DNA from: an uncultured Deferribacteraceae bacterium
GTDB lineage: Bacteria > Chrysiogenota > Deferribacteres > Deferribacterales > Mucispirillaceae
NCBI GenBank assembly: GCA_947041165.1
Contig: CAMRCY010000003.1
Location: 24,257-88,256 of the forward strand
Direction: 5' to 3'
DNA length: 64,000 bases
Positions 49,531-59,254 of the stretch are shown here, one piece after another. The notes beneath the pieces were generated by a model that saw only the letters and a list, made by a program, of their open reading frames with translations, did no database searches and had not been told where the DNA came from. Made by a program: the position numbers and the translations under genes. Positions within the stretch are counted from its first letter, which is position 1. Each line of letters opens with the position of its first letter.

Positions 49531-50770
49531 CAGTTATAACTACCTCCCATCCAGATACCCAACCGATAGAAACTTTCTCATTATAATTATAATCTAAATC
49601 TTCATACTCTTCATTGAAAAACTCAGATGCTTTAATCTGCTTACCGTTGTTTAATCTAATCAATGTATCAAGCGTTGCACCTTTATATGTTTTGAACTCT
49701 ATGTTGCCGAGCATCAACCCTTCTGTATCAGGCACTTCAGATATTTTTTCAATTACCATATCTTCAGGACGTAGAAGTAATTTAAATTTCTGTCCAACTT
49801 CTAATTTTTTATCGGTGTCAACAGTACAAATTCTACCTTCAACTTTAGCATTAATAAGATTATCTTCTGTGTATCCTAAAACCTCTGCATCAAATATATT
49901 TATATCACCTATGAACGATGCTACAAAAAGTGAGTTAGGATTTTCATAAACATCTTTAGGAGAACCAATCTGCTCCACCACACCGTTGTTCATCACAACA
50001 ACTCTATCAGACATCGATAACGCCTCTTCCTGATCGTGCGTTACAAATATAAAAGTTATGCCAAGTTTACGTTGTAATTGTTTTAATTCGTTCTGCATAT
50101 TTTTACGCAATGACGCATCAAGTGCTGATAACGGCTCATCAAGTAATAACACTAATGGATTGTTCACAACTGCTCTTGCGAGTGCTACACGTTGTTGTTG
50201 TCCACCTGATAATTGGTGAGGTTTGCGATCAACATAATCATCTAACTTAACGATGCGAAGTATATCCATTACACGAGTGTGAATTTCTTCTTTAGGTATT
50301 TTATTCATCTTAAGCCCGAACGCAACATTATTGAAAACAGTCATGTGTGGGAATAAAGCGTAACTTTGAAAAACAGTGTTTACGCCTCTTTTATTTGGTT
50401 GTTCATCTTTCATCAATTTTCCGTTGATGAATGTCTGTCCAGAGTCGGCTGTTTCAAATCCACCGATAATCCTAAGTGTGGTTGTTTTGCCACATCCTGA
50501 AGGACCTAGTAGAGTTAAAAACTCGCCGTTGTAGATAGATAGATCTAAATTATCTAAAACTTTTTTCGAGTCGAAAGATTTATTGATACCTTTAAGTTCA
50601 ACGATCACCTTGCGTCTAACATCAGCTTTGCTTGATGTTGCGATTTCATTATCTAAAATATTTTCAGATTGATTATCGATCACATAATCTTTTTTTGATA
50701 TTATGTCTGCAAAAAAATTACTGCTGATCCTAAAAATATTAGGAAAAGATGTAAAAGCTGTTTTTTTCAA
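49517..50770 (-). CDS. potA: spermidine/putrescine ABC transporter ATPase PotA (with ~45-aa N-terminal extension)
   Basis: 417 aa; Walker A GPSGCGKTT, signature LSGGQQQRVALAR, Walker B LLLDEPLSALD, C-terminal TOBE-like domain. Confidence 0.85.
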   Translation of the reverse strand: MKKTAFTSFPNIFRISSNFFADIISKKDYVIDNQSENILDNEIATSSKADVRRKVIVELKGINKSFDSKKVLDNLDLSIYNGEFLTLLGPSGCGKTTTLRIIGGFETADSGQTFINGKLMKDEQPNKRGVNTVFQSYALFPHMTVFNNVAFGLKMNKIPKEEIHTRVMDILRIVKLDDYVDRKPHQLSGGQQQRVALARAVVNNPLVLLLDEPLSALDASLRKNMQNELKQLQRKLGITFIFVTHDQEEALSMSDRVVVMNNGVVEQIGSPKDVYENPNSLFVASFIGDINIFDAEVLGYTEDNLINAKVEGRICTVDTDKKLEVGQKFKLLLRPEDMVIEKISEVPDTEGLMLGNIEFKTYKGATLDTLIRLNNGKQIKASEFFNEEYEDLDYNYNEKVSIGWVSGWEVVITDERT

Positions 50771-51223
50771 AATAACACTCCAAATTTAACTCTTTAGAAG
50801 TGAAAAAGTATAGTTTTTTTAGATAAATGTCAAGCTTTTTTACAAAATAAATAAAATAATCCAATAGTTAGAAAAAAGAAATTAAATACAATCGTGTAAC
50901 ATACTATTAATATTAAACTTTTTAACTATTATTAAAAACGATAAATTACGTGTATTTTAGAAAAAATGTTGTAATAGTCGTATAAAAAGTATGAAAAAAT
51001 TATACATTTTTTAAAATATGTGAAATTATCTGATTTATGGGTATAAAAATACAATTTACGAGAATTATATATATAAATATTGAGCGTAAATATGTGATAT
51101 TTCATCAAAATTGATAAAAAAGTAGATAAAAGTTGTAAAACATATTGAAAAAATCAGATCAATTAGATGAGTGCAAGTTGAGTTCAAGTTGATAGAGATT
51201 ATAAAATATGATGAGTTTCAGAA

Positions 51224-52163
51224 CTTGTTTGCGATTTGGTTACGGTTTACAACTTGGTTATGGTTTGTGATTTGGTTACGGTTCGTAAATTGATTATGTT
51301 TTGCAAATTGGTTATGGTTTGCAAATTGGTTATGGGTTGCAACTTGGTTACGGTTCGTAAATTGGTTATGGTTTATGATTTGATTATGGTTTGCAAATTG
51401 GTTACGGTTCGTAGGTTGGTTATGGTTTGCAAATCGGTTATGGTTCGTAAATTAATTATGGTTCGAAACTTGGTTATGGTTCGCAAATTGGTTATGGTTC
51501 GTAAATTGATTATGGTTTGCAAATCGGTTACCATTCGTAGGTTGGTTATGGTTTGTGATTTGATTACGGTTTGCAACTTGGTTATGGTTTGCGATTGGGT
51601 TATGGTTCGTAAATTGATTATGGTTTGCTAATCGGTTATGGTTTGCAAATTGGTTACCGTTTGCAGGTTGGTTATGATTTGCGATTGGGTTACAGTTTGC
51701 AGGTTGGTTATGGTTTGCAAATTGGTTATGGTTCGAAACTTGGTTATGGTTCGCAAATTGGTTATGGTTTGCAACTTGGCTATGGTTCGTAAATTGATTA
51801 TGGTTTGCAAATCGGTTATGGTTTGCAAATTGGTTACCGTTTGCAGGTTGGTTATGATTTGTGATTTGGTTACGGTTCGCAGGTTGGTTATGGTTTGCAA
51901 ATTGGTTATGGTTCGCAAATTGGTTATGGGTTGCGATTGGGTTATGTTTGTAAATTGGTTACCGTTTGCAGGTTGGTTACGGTTTACAACTTGGTTATGG
52001 TTCGTAAATTGATTATGGTTCGAAACTTGGTTACGGTTTGCGATTGGGTTATGGTTCGCAAATTGGTTACCGTTTGCAACTTGGTTACGGTTCGCAACTT
52101 GGTTACGGTTCGCAAATTGGTTACCGTTCGCAACTTGGTTATGGTTCGTAGGTTGGCTATGTT
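51224..52163. repeat. 18-bp tandem repeat array x ~51 (consensus ggttatggtttgcaaatt)
   Basis: Read directly; ~940 bp of 18-bp units with point variants; at least one 17-bp unit near 51950 shifts the phase. Confidence 0.95.
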
Positions 52164-52176
52164 TTATAAAAACCAT
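51628..52176 (-). CDS. possible Asn/Gln-rich hexapeptide-repeat protein encoded by the 18-bp array (frame interrupted as sequenced)
   Basis: ATG at 52176, 50 nt after flagellar rod gene stop; MVFIKHSQPT then (N-Q-[FVI]-[ATS]-N-[HRG])n; uninterrupted NQ frame would end at ~51212 (~320 aa); other frames are also open, so coding status is uncertain. Confidence 0.3.
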   Translation of the reverse strand: MVFIKHSQPTNHNQVANGNQFANRNQVANRNQVANGNQFANHNPIANRNQVSNHNQFTNHNQVVNRNQPANGNQFTNITQSQPITNLRTITNLQTITNLRTVTKSQIITNLQTVTNLQTITDLQTIINLRTIAKLQTITNLRTITKFRTITNLQTITNLQTVTQSQIITNLQTVTNLQTITD

Positions 52177-52225
52177 ATATATTTATAAAGCATTATAGAC
52201 ATATAATACTTTATAGTTTTGATTT

Positions 52226-52804
52226 TTAACCGATTATATCTATAAGGCGTTTCATCATATCGTCAGACGATGTGATAACTAGAGCGTTAGCTTTAAAATA
52301 TGCGTTATTGACAAGAGTTCCGACGGTTTCATCTACGATGTTGACATTTGATGTTACTTGATAGCCAGACATCAGAGAGTCAGTAGGCGATATAGCACCG
52401 AGATTGCCTCCTAGTGAGTTTAATCTACCAATAGGCTCTCCGTTATTATATAGAAAGCCGTCATCGTCAACAGAGAGATCAGCCGTATCAAGCGAAGTGA
52501 AAGATATATCTTGATTACCGTCTAATCTGAACGATCTGTTTCCTGAAGATTGATATCCACCAACGCCACCGTGTCTATTAACTATAGACACATCTTGAGG
52601 ATTACCAGTGTATCGAAGAGATCCAGAATCAGTGTTGATACGCAGAGGTGCAAGCCCTACTCCGCCTTCAGTCATTTCAGATAGAGAGGCTAGACGAGAT
52701 TTAAATGAGGGCGTGTTTATATTAGCAATGTTGTTAGCTCTAACATTTGCAATTGATGATCCAACATTTAAAGCTTGTGCGGCTGCGGTTATTGCTCCTA
52801 TCAT
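52226..52804 (-). CDS. flagellar basal-body rod protein (FlgB/C/F/G family)
   Basis: 192 aa; N-terminal rod motif ALNVGSSIANVRANNIANINTPSFK and C-terminal flg_bbr_C-like SNVNIVDETVGTLVNNAYFKANALVITSSDDMMKRL. Confidence 0.7.
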   Translation of the reverse strand: MIGAITAAAQALNVGSSIANVRANNIANINTPSFKSRLASLSEMTEGGVGLAPLRINTDSGSLRYTGNPQDVSIVNRHGGVGGYQSSGNRSFRLDGNQDISFTSLDTADLSVDDDGFLYNNGEPIGRLNSLGGNLGAISPTDSLMSGYQVTSNVNIVDETVGTLVNNAYFKANALVITSSDDMMKRLIDIIG

Positions 52805-53060
52805 ATATAAATTATAAGTATATTATGGATAGTTTGCAATGATTTTAATCAAAGTCACAATTTAGATGTTTAATATCAAGCAGATTAAGAGTTGAAAATA
52901 TATATAATATCAAGTTTCTTAAAGTTTGTATCACGTGAAATATACTTTAGCAGATAGTGATTTTTTCCTAATATGTAGAAGCAGTAAATGGAGGATAATA
53001 GAAAGCAGTTTAAACTTGTTAACAATAGTAACTTATACTGAAATCTTAGGAGCGAACAAT

Positions 53061-53708
53061 ATGGAAATCAATGGAAATAGTGGTAGCATTAACCGATATA
53101 ATCAAAAACCACAGAACGCAGAAAACACACAGAATAAAGAAACAGAGGAAACAGCAGAAAGCCGTGCTGCGTCTGAAGCAAAAGAATTAGCAAAGAAAGA
53201 AAAGATGAAACTTTTCAAAAAAGATCTTCATAAAGAGATAAGTGCTATTTATGGCAAAAGCTCATCATCGTTACTATCAAATTCAGTACACATTACAGAT
53301 GAAGCTTTAGAAAAAATGCAATCAGATCCAAAATTTAAAGATGAAATGATGGAGGCGTTACGCAAAGAGGTTGAAAGCTCATACAATTTATCAAACAAAG
53401 TGAATGTGACAACAAAAATTAGTATAGATGGATACTCTTCATACTCAGCGAATGTTTTTAAAACTGACAGCAACAAAATGATTGCCGATAAAGAAGCAAT
53501 AGCGAATAAAAAAGCTAGAGGTGCGTTATTCTACAGTGCAGACGAGAAAAAGAAAGAAGTATCAGCAAAAAAAACAGATAACAGTGGAAAATCTTGGTTA
53601 GATATAAAACGTGAACAACAGATATATGAAATGGGTATCCGAGAAAAAAATGTAATCGAGAGATCACATAAACGAACATCATTTATAAGAACATTCACAA
53701 GTAGTTGA
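53061..53708 (+). CDS. hypothetical charged protein (K/E/S-rich)
   Basis: Start set to MEINGNSG (ATG 53061) with AGGAG 8 nt upstream; ORF-track upstream extension lacks RBS; no recognisable domain. Confidence 0.4.
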   Translation: MEINGNSGSINRYNQKPQNAENTQNKETEETAESRAASEAKELAKKEKMKLFKKDLHKEISAIYGKSSSSLLSNSVHITDEALEKMQSDPKFKDEMMEALRKEVESSYNLSNKVNVTTKISIDGYSSYSANVFKTDSNKMIADKEAIANKKARGALFYSADEKKKEVSAKKTDNSGKSWLDIKREQQIYEMGIREKNVIERSHKRTSFIRTFTSS

Positions 53709-53876
53709 TTTGACTGATATAGGTGATAATATCTGATAGAACGGATCTACTTATATAGTGTATAAAATTTAATATATATATAGTTTGCGATGCTCTTAAT
53801 CAAATTTATAATTTAGATATTTATTATAAGTTAGATTAAGAGCGTTTTAATTTTATTATTTATTTTTAGATATTTA

Positions 53877-55322
53877 TTATTTAATATTAAACTTTCTAAA
53901 AGCTTGTATCGTTTGAAAGATACCGTAACCGATAGCGATTTTACCTAAGATGTAGAAGAAGTAAAAGGAAAATAAGCGTAAACGATTTAATAAAGCCATA
54001 TCAAAATCAAACGTATTTATAGGTGTCATTTTAATTTCTTTACCAACTTCTTTCATTAAGTCAAAATTAATAGGGATTAAATAATTAAAAAAACCTTTCA
54101 TAAATGATGAATTCATGACAATTAAAAGACTCATCGCTATTATTGCAAAAAACATAAACGGATAGTTCATAACAATAGCTCGTTTCTTTTTAAAAATAAG
54201 TAGTAACACAAAAGGGTAAGCTACTTGTATGATACCAACTACTAGATAAATAGTAACATTTTTAACATATATCGAAGCATACGCAGTAAAGAAAAAAATG
54301 AACCCTGTTATAAAAGTAAACAGAACCGCTTGAATCCAGTTCTGTCCATGATCATTAGACAACCGACTAAGTATGAGAGAAAGACGTTCTGCAAATATCT
54401 CTAAAAACTTTTTATTACTTTTATTGTCCTTAAGTTCATCTTCATATAAATCTTTTTCTTTTGCTTTATATTCTAATGCTTTAATTGTATTTGATCTTGC
54501 AAGCTCTTCATGTTTTAAAAATCTTGCAGTATCGGAATTTTCAGGTTCTGCTTCAAAATTAACCCGACTTACAACGCCACCACCAATAACACTAGAACCT
54601 TTGAAATTTATTTTATTTACTTTTACATTATTAAAATCAATACGTCCATCTATTACTGTATTTGTAATTTGTATTTTAGAGTTTTCACCACATTCTTTAA
54701 ATTTTTCATTTACTTCATCATAATTAATATAAGCAAAAAGTATGTAACCTTGCCCCTTTTCAAAAACTATATTATTAAATTCTAGTTTATAACTAAATTT
54801 TATATCAGAAAAAATTGTTTTACCTGAATGGATTGAACTTGAAAAATCAGACAACTCTTCAAAAACAGAGTACATAAAGTTAACTCCAATATTAAAAGTA
54901 GTGAATTGGAAATTAGTGTTCCCTTTAAATGTAGAGCTTATAAAGCTAGCACTGTTATTAAATATAGAAGCCATAAAATCAACAGAAGTGTTAAAGATAA
55001 GTTTTAAAAAATCAGCTTTCATGCGAAATAAGATATTCCTACAGTTCACTATAAGTGGACAGATGAGAATATCTTCTCCCTTTACTCTATTGAAATCTAA
55101 GCTAAACACATTATTAATGATACTCTTAAAGTCAAATAGAAAAATAACTTCCCTTCTTAACAATAGATTGTCCTTGCTACCTATATTAAGGATTAAATTT
55201 TCATATTTTATATTTTCTCTTTTTACACCTTTTGATATCAGTTTAACTCTCTGATCTTCTAAATCATAGTTAAGCCAATCAATTAATTCTTGTTCGGTAT
55301 TATATACTAAAGGTTGTACCAT
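53877..55322 (-). CDS. pentapeptide-repeat-like protein with C-terminal multi-TM domain
   Basis: 481 aa; central stretch with F/L/I every 5th residue (ADFLKLIFNTSVDFMASIFNNSASFISSTFKGNTNFQFTTFNIGVNF...), then 3-4 hydrophobic helices. Confidence 0.45.
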   Translation of the reverse strand: MVQPLVYNTEQELIDWLNYDLEDQRVKLISKGVKRENIKYENLILNIGSKDNLLLRREVIFLFDFKSIINNVFSLDFNRVKGEDILICPLIVNCRNILFRMKADFLKLIFNTSVDFMASIFNNSASFISSTFKGNTNFQFTTFNIGVNFMYSVFEELSDFSSSIHSGKTIFSDIKFSYKLEFNNIVFEKGQGYILFAYINYDEVNEKFKECGENSKIQITNTVIDGRIDFNNVKVNKINFKGSSVIGGGVVSRVNFEAEPENSDTARFLKHEELARSNTIKALEYKAKEKDLYEDELKDNKSNKKFLEIFAERLSLILSRLSNDHGQNWIQAVLFTFITGFIFFFTAYASIYVKNVTIYLVVGIIQVAYPFVLLLIFKKKRAIVMNYPFMFFAIIAMSLLIVMNSSFMKGFFNYLIPINFDLMKEVGKEIKMTPINTFDFDMALLNRLRLFSFYFFYILGKIAIGYGIFQTIQAFRKFNIK

Positions 55323-55864
55323 AATTATCTACCCTCTTTGATGAATTCAATTTCTACATCTCTGAAATTGTAAAGTGAGTAAATCATATTATTAGTCACT
55401 TGCTCAGCTTCTGTCATCTCATTATATGTATCAAGTTGTTCTATCTTTGCCATCTCCACATCCCCATGTATAATTTTAACTTCATCATCATCTATTTAAT
55501 AATCAAAATCTATTTAAGCAACATCAATCTATATAACTATCATATCTCATATATATTTATATCTCAATACCATACAACTTATAAAACGTCTTCCTTAACA
55601 CAACCACATACTATACTATATGTTTATATCCATATCCACTATATCATCTATATTAAAATAACTCTATTAATTAATAATCATTAATTATCGTCATAAATCG
55701 ATAACAAACAACAATTATATAACATGTAATTTGTTTTTTAACTTGATATTTATAGTAGTATATTATAATCTGATACATTAGCGTTCTATTCTCTAATAAA
55801 TTATGATCATATTACTATAAACTGATTGTTAATGAGGTGTAAGATTACTAAAAAAACTATATAT

Positions 55865-57007
55865 ATGGATAATGCTTCATCAACCCATACGAAACCTGAA
55901 GAAGTGTATAACGCCGTAAATGATTTTATGAAAACAGTGGCTGTGAGATCGTCTAGATATTCGCACTCGCTTTCACTCAAATCGATGGAAATGATTACGC
56001 AAACTCGTAACACCATCGCAAAAATGTTCAACGTGAAAGATCCCTCGAGAGTTATCTTTACGAACAACTGTACAACAGCTATTAACACCGTTTTATACGG
56101 AGTGATTAATGATGATGATAAAGTCGTTATCTCGTCGCTTGAACATAACTCTATTATGCGTCCGCTTGGAAGATTGTTTATTGATAAAAATATTAAAATC
56201 GTTGAAACTGAACACACAAATAACTATACCGTAGATCTTTTCGATCTATATAAAAAATCGCTAGGCGCTGAAATGGTTATCGTTAGCCACGGCGATAACG
56301 TGACTGGGGCTGTAAATAATATTGCCGATATGGTAGATATAACTCATAAAAATGGTGCTTATATTTTAGTTGATGCATCGCAAACTGCTGGACTTATTAA
56401 TATTGACGTGGACGGATCAGGTGTTGATTTTCTTGTGCTAAGTGGAAACAAAAACCTATTCGCACCACATGGCGTTGGAATTATGATACTCGGTAAAGAT
56501 ATTCAATCTAAAGATATCAGAACCATGATGCAGGGACGGACTGACGCACTTGCTGAATTTGAAATCGAACCTGATATGATTCCTGATAAATTCGAAATCG
56601 GTACACTTAACTATCTACCAATAGCAGGACTTCAAGGGGCTTTAAGCTGGATTGAACAGAAAGGTATCGACTCAATATATTATCGTACAGAAACTATCAC
56701 AAATAGATTGTTAGAGGGTTTAAAAGTTTTAAATAACGTGACGTTCTATCATACATTAGGCGATCTTTCAACAAACATAATATCGTTAAATATGAGAGGG
56801 ATTGATGCGATTGATCTTGCAACTTTACTTGATAAAAAATATAATATTATTGTGGACGGAACTTTACAATCAAACCCTAGAGCTCATAAATATCTAAACA
56901 CTTATCCAATGGGTGCAGTAAGATTCTCTCCAAACGCTTATTCAACTTTTAACGAAATCGACGCCGTGATAGACGCCATGAAAGAAATTAGTAATAGAGT
57001 GAAGTAA
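55865..57007 (+). CDS. class V aminotransferase-fold PLP-dependent enzyme (cysteine desulfurase/SufS-like)
   Basis: ~380 aa from MDNASST (ATG 55865); SGNKNLFAPHGVGIMIL corresponds to the SGHK..GP.G.G PLP-lysine motif. Confidence 0.75.
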   Translation: MDNASSTHTKPEEVYNAVNDFMKTVAVRSSRYSHSLSLKSMEMITQTRNTIAKMFNVKDPSRVIFTNNCTTAINTVLYGVINDDDKVVISSLEHNSIMRPLGRLFIDKNIKIVETEHTNNYTVDLFDLYKKSLGAEMVIVSHGDNVTGAVNNIADMVDITHKNGAYILVDASQTAGLINIDVDGSGVDFLVLSGNKNLFAPHGVGIMILGKDIQSKDIRTMMQGRTDALAEFEIEPDMIPDKFEIGTLNYLPIAGLQGALSWIEQKGIDSIYYRTETITNRLLEGLKVLNNVTFYHTLGDLSTNIISLNMRGIDAIDLATLLDKKYNIIVDGTLQSNPRAHKYLNTYPMGAVRFSPNAYSTFNEIDAVIDAMKEISNRVK

Positions 57008-57077
57008 GGAAGATAGACTGATATAGAAACTTACTTTTAGCTCACAGACATTAAACTAATAACTAAAAGGAAAAATT

Positions 57078-57533
57078 ATGAGTGAAGAACTTGAAAGTAA
57101 GATAACGACTGAAGAAATCCATAAAGAAATTGATTTAATACAGTCTTGTATTAGCCGAATGGCACAAAACTCATTTATGGTTAAAGGTTGGTATATTAGC
57201 ATTATTGTTGTTATACTTGCATTACTAACTGAAAAAATCAACTTCGCAATGATTTCAATAACATTAGCGGTTGTCACAATATTATTTTGGTATCTTGATA
57301 GTTTCTTCTTAACAACTGAAAAAAAATATAGAGAAATATATAGTTGGGCTCTGCAAGAACGTCCTAAGAATAACAAAGAATTTCTTTACGAATTAAACCC
57401 ACATTTATTTAAAGATAAAATTAAAAAAACAGACAATATCTTAAGAACAATGTTTACTCTAACTTTGTTTCCATTCTATGGTATCCCGCTAACTATCATT
57501 GCAACAATTAACATATATTCATATATTTGTTAA
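57078..57533 (+). CDS. small membrane protein (2-3 TM), candidate effector partner of adjacent TIR-like protein
   Basis: 151 aa; N-terminal amphipathic helix, TM1 WYISIIVVILALL, TM2 MISITLAVVTILFWYL, C-terminal hydrophobic segment; no recognisable enzymatic domain. Confidence 0.45.
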   Translation: MSEELESKITTEEIHKEIDLIQSCISRMAQNSFMVKGWYISIIVVILALLTEKINFAMISITLAVVTILFWYLDSFFLTTEKKYREIYSWALQERPKNNKEFLYELNPHLFKDKIKKTDNILRTMFTLTLFPFYGIPLTIIATINIYSYIC

Positions 57534-57614
57534 TTAATATCTATTGTTTTTAAAGTTGACATATTGTTTACTTGCATGATATAAACAATTATAAATTGCT
57601 CTGGAGGAAAAGAT

Positions 57615-58229
57615 ATGAGTAAAAGACATAAGGTGTTTATTAGTTATTACCATAATGACGACCAAAAATATAAAAATGAATTATTGAGTCTAAATAAACG
57701 TTACAATTTTTTTGATGATTATTCTGTTGATGAAAATAATATAGATGACACAAATAAATCATCTGAGCAAATAAGACACATTATTCGTGACGAGTATATA
57801 AAAGATGCAACTGTTCTTATTCTTCTTTGTGGAGAAAACACTAGGAAAAGAAAACATATCGATTGGGAAATACATGCAGCAATGTATGATACAGACAAAA
57901 ATCCCAAGCTAGGCATATTAATAATCAATCTACCAACAATTACACAAGCTCAACGTGTAGGGTCTGGAGAGGACAAAGCTTTACTATCAAATAATTTTGA
58001 GAGCTTGCCAAGTGTTGGTACTCGAGAAGAACTTAAGCAGAAATTCCAATATATGCCAGACAGAATAATTACTAACTTTAATAAAAATGATGTTAAAATT
58101 TCCGTTGTTAATTGGGCAATAATATCTCAGTCCCCTGCAATAGCAAGTGATTTAATACATAATGCATTTTCAAGACGAACTACCAATAAATATGACCATT
58201 CTTGTGAAATGCGAAAAAACAATACTTAG
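57615..58229 (+). CDS. TIR-like domain protein (DUF1863 / ThsB-like)
   Basis: 204 aa; N-terminus MSKRHKVFISYYHNDDQKYKNELLSL... matches the K.(V/F)F(I/F)S(Y/F).H.D start of MTH538-type TIR-like/ThsB proteins; DATVLILLCGENT...WEI second block. Confidence 0.55.
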   Translation: MSKRHKVFISYYHNDDQKYKNELLSLNKRYNFFDDYSVDENNIDDTNKSSEQIRHIIRDEYIKDATVLILLCGENTRKRKHIDWEIHAAMYDTDKNPKLGILIINLPTITQAQRVGSGEDKALLSNNFESLPSVGTREELKQKFQYMPDRIITNFNKNDVKISVVNWAIISQSPAIASDLIHNAFSRRTTNKYDHSCEMRKNNT

Positions 58230-58245
58230 TTACTTGACCCTTTAT

Positions 58246-58959
58246 TTACAGCTGACGCCATAGTCCGACAACCTTGCCGATGATGGTTACTTTCTTCTGA
58301 TCGATTATATATGTTTTGAAATTGGAATTATCTGACTTTAATAGATATAGATTCTTGTCGGAATAAAACTCTACACGCTTAATCAATATACCATCAATGC
58401 CGATCTGTGCATCGTTGATCCTTACTGCGTACAATGAATCGTTTATAACCGTATCAATCTCGCTTCTTGATACAGTTATATAATCGCCCTTTAAAAAATA
58501 TGGCAACATATAATCTGTCTTGATACGTACAGAAAATGGTCGCTCGCTCTCATCACCATACTCAAACGATGATTTCGATATGCTATGCCATGCAATGATC
58601 TCGCCATCATTTATAACATCTCCGATATCTGCCTCGCCCTCAGATGTGTCATACATCGGGATCCATGACGACCCACTAACACTGTCTGGCTCATTCACCG
58701 AATTAACCAATGATGGAGATAGTAACAGAAACTTATTATCCGTGTAACTAAACTCCTCACCCATTAAATAATTATACGAAATATTGTATCGCTTAGAAAT
58801 ACGCTGAATAACCGCAGCCTGTGGCAAACACTTATTATGTATCCATTTACTCACAGCAGATTTCGTCACAGCAACCTCTTCCGCTAGTTGCGTATAACTT
58901 ATCTTACGTAGCTTTAATACCTGTGCAAGCCTATCGCCAAACTTCAATTCATTTGTCAA
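58246..58959 (-). CDS. XRE-family HTH + S24 peptidase (LexA/cI-like autocleaving repressor)
   Basis: 237 aa; N-terminal HTH (LRKISYTQLAEEVAVTKSAVSKWIHNK), C-terminal S24 LexA-like domain (..GDYITVSR...GILIKRV). Confidence 0.8.
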   Translation of the reverse strand: MTNELKFGDRLAQVLKLRKISYTQLAEEVAVTKSAVSKWIHNKCLPQAAVIQRISKRYNISYNYLMGEEFSYTDNKFLLLSPSLVNSVNEPDSVSGSSWIPMYDTSEGEADIGDVINDGEIIAWHSISKSSFEYGDESERPFSVRIKTDYMLPYFLKGDYITVSRSEIDTVINDSLYAVRINDAQIGIDGILIKRVEFYSDKNLYLLKSDNSNFKTYIIDQKKVTIIGKVVGLWRQL

Positions 58960-58987
58960 TTTCTATCTCTCTTTTGAAAAATTATAT

Positions 58988-59002
58988 TTGTACATATGAC
59001 AA
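58988..59002. promoter_or_regulatory. near-palindromic candidate operator TTGTACATATGACAA upstream of the XRE/S24 repressor gene
   Basis: 29-43 nt upstream of repressor ATG; 13/15 palindromic around ATAT core; second palindrome tacatgta at ~59052. Confidence 0.35.
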
Positions 59003-59254
59003 TAATATAGCTAATATTTAAATATTGCAAGTAAATTATTTACATGTAGTCAACTTTTTGACCAAAAATAGCTTTTGTAAACTCTAAGTTTATTACATCT
59101 AAATATATAAATATTTGAAGATACACACCCCATCTAACATTTAAATTGATCCATACATATAATTTCTTAGCATATCAAATCTATCTAAGACATTCGCTCA
59201 CCTTAAATATTAATAATTTTTTACATATAATTTCTTCGCATATCAAGTCTAAAA

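Noticed and set aside
51236-52188. Plus-strand ORFs in the 18-bp array (51236..51631, 51638..52012, 51895..52188) and minus ORF 51373..51576
   Set aside because: They are consequences of a stop-free repeat unit open in several frames; they cannot all be genes. Only the minus-strand frame with an ATG adjacent to the rod gene is retained, and even that with low confidence.
52830-52845. Sigma-54 -24/-12 promoter (TGGATAGTTTGCA) upstream of flagellar-region genes
   Set aside because: GG-to-GC spacing is 8 rather than the required 10-11 nt.
58246-58959. Prophage call based on cI-like repressor
   Set aside because: No integrase, terminase, capsid/tail genes or att-like tRNA in the vicinity; the repressor is more plausibly a regulator of the adjacent accessory or defence genes, or a LexA analogue.
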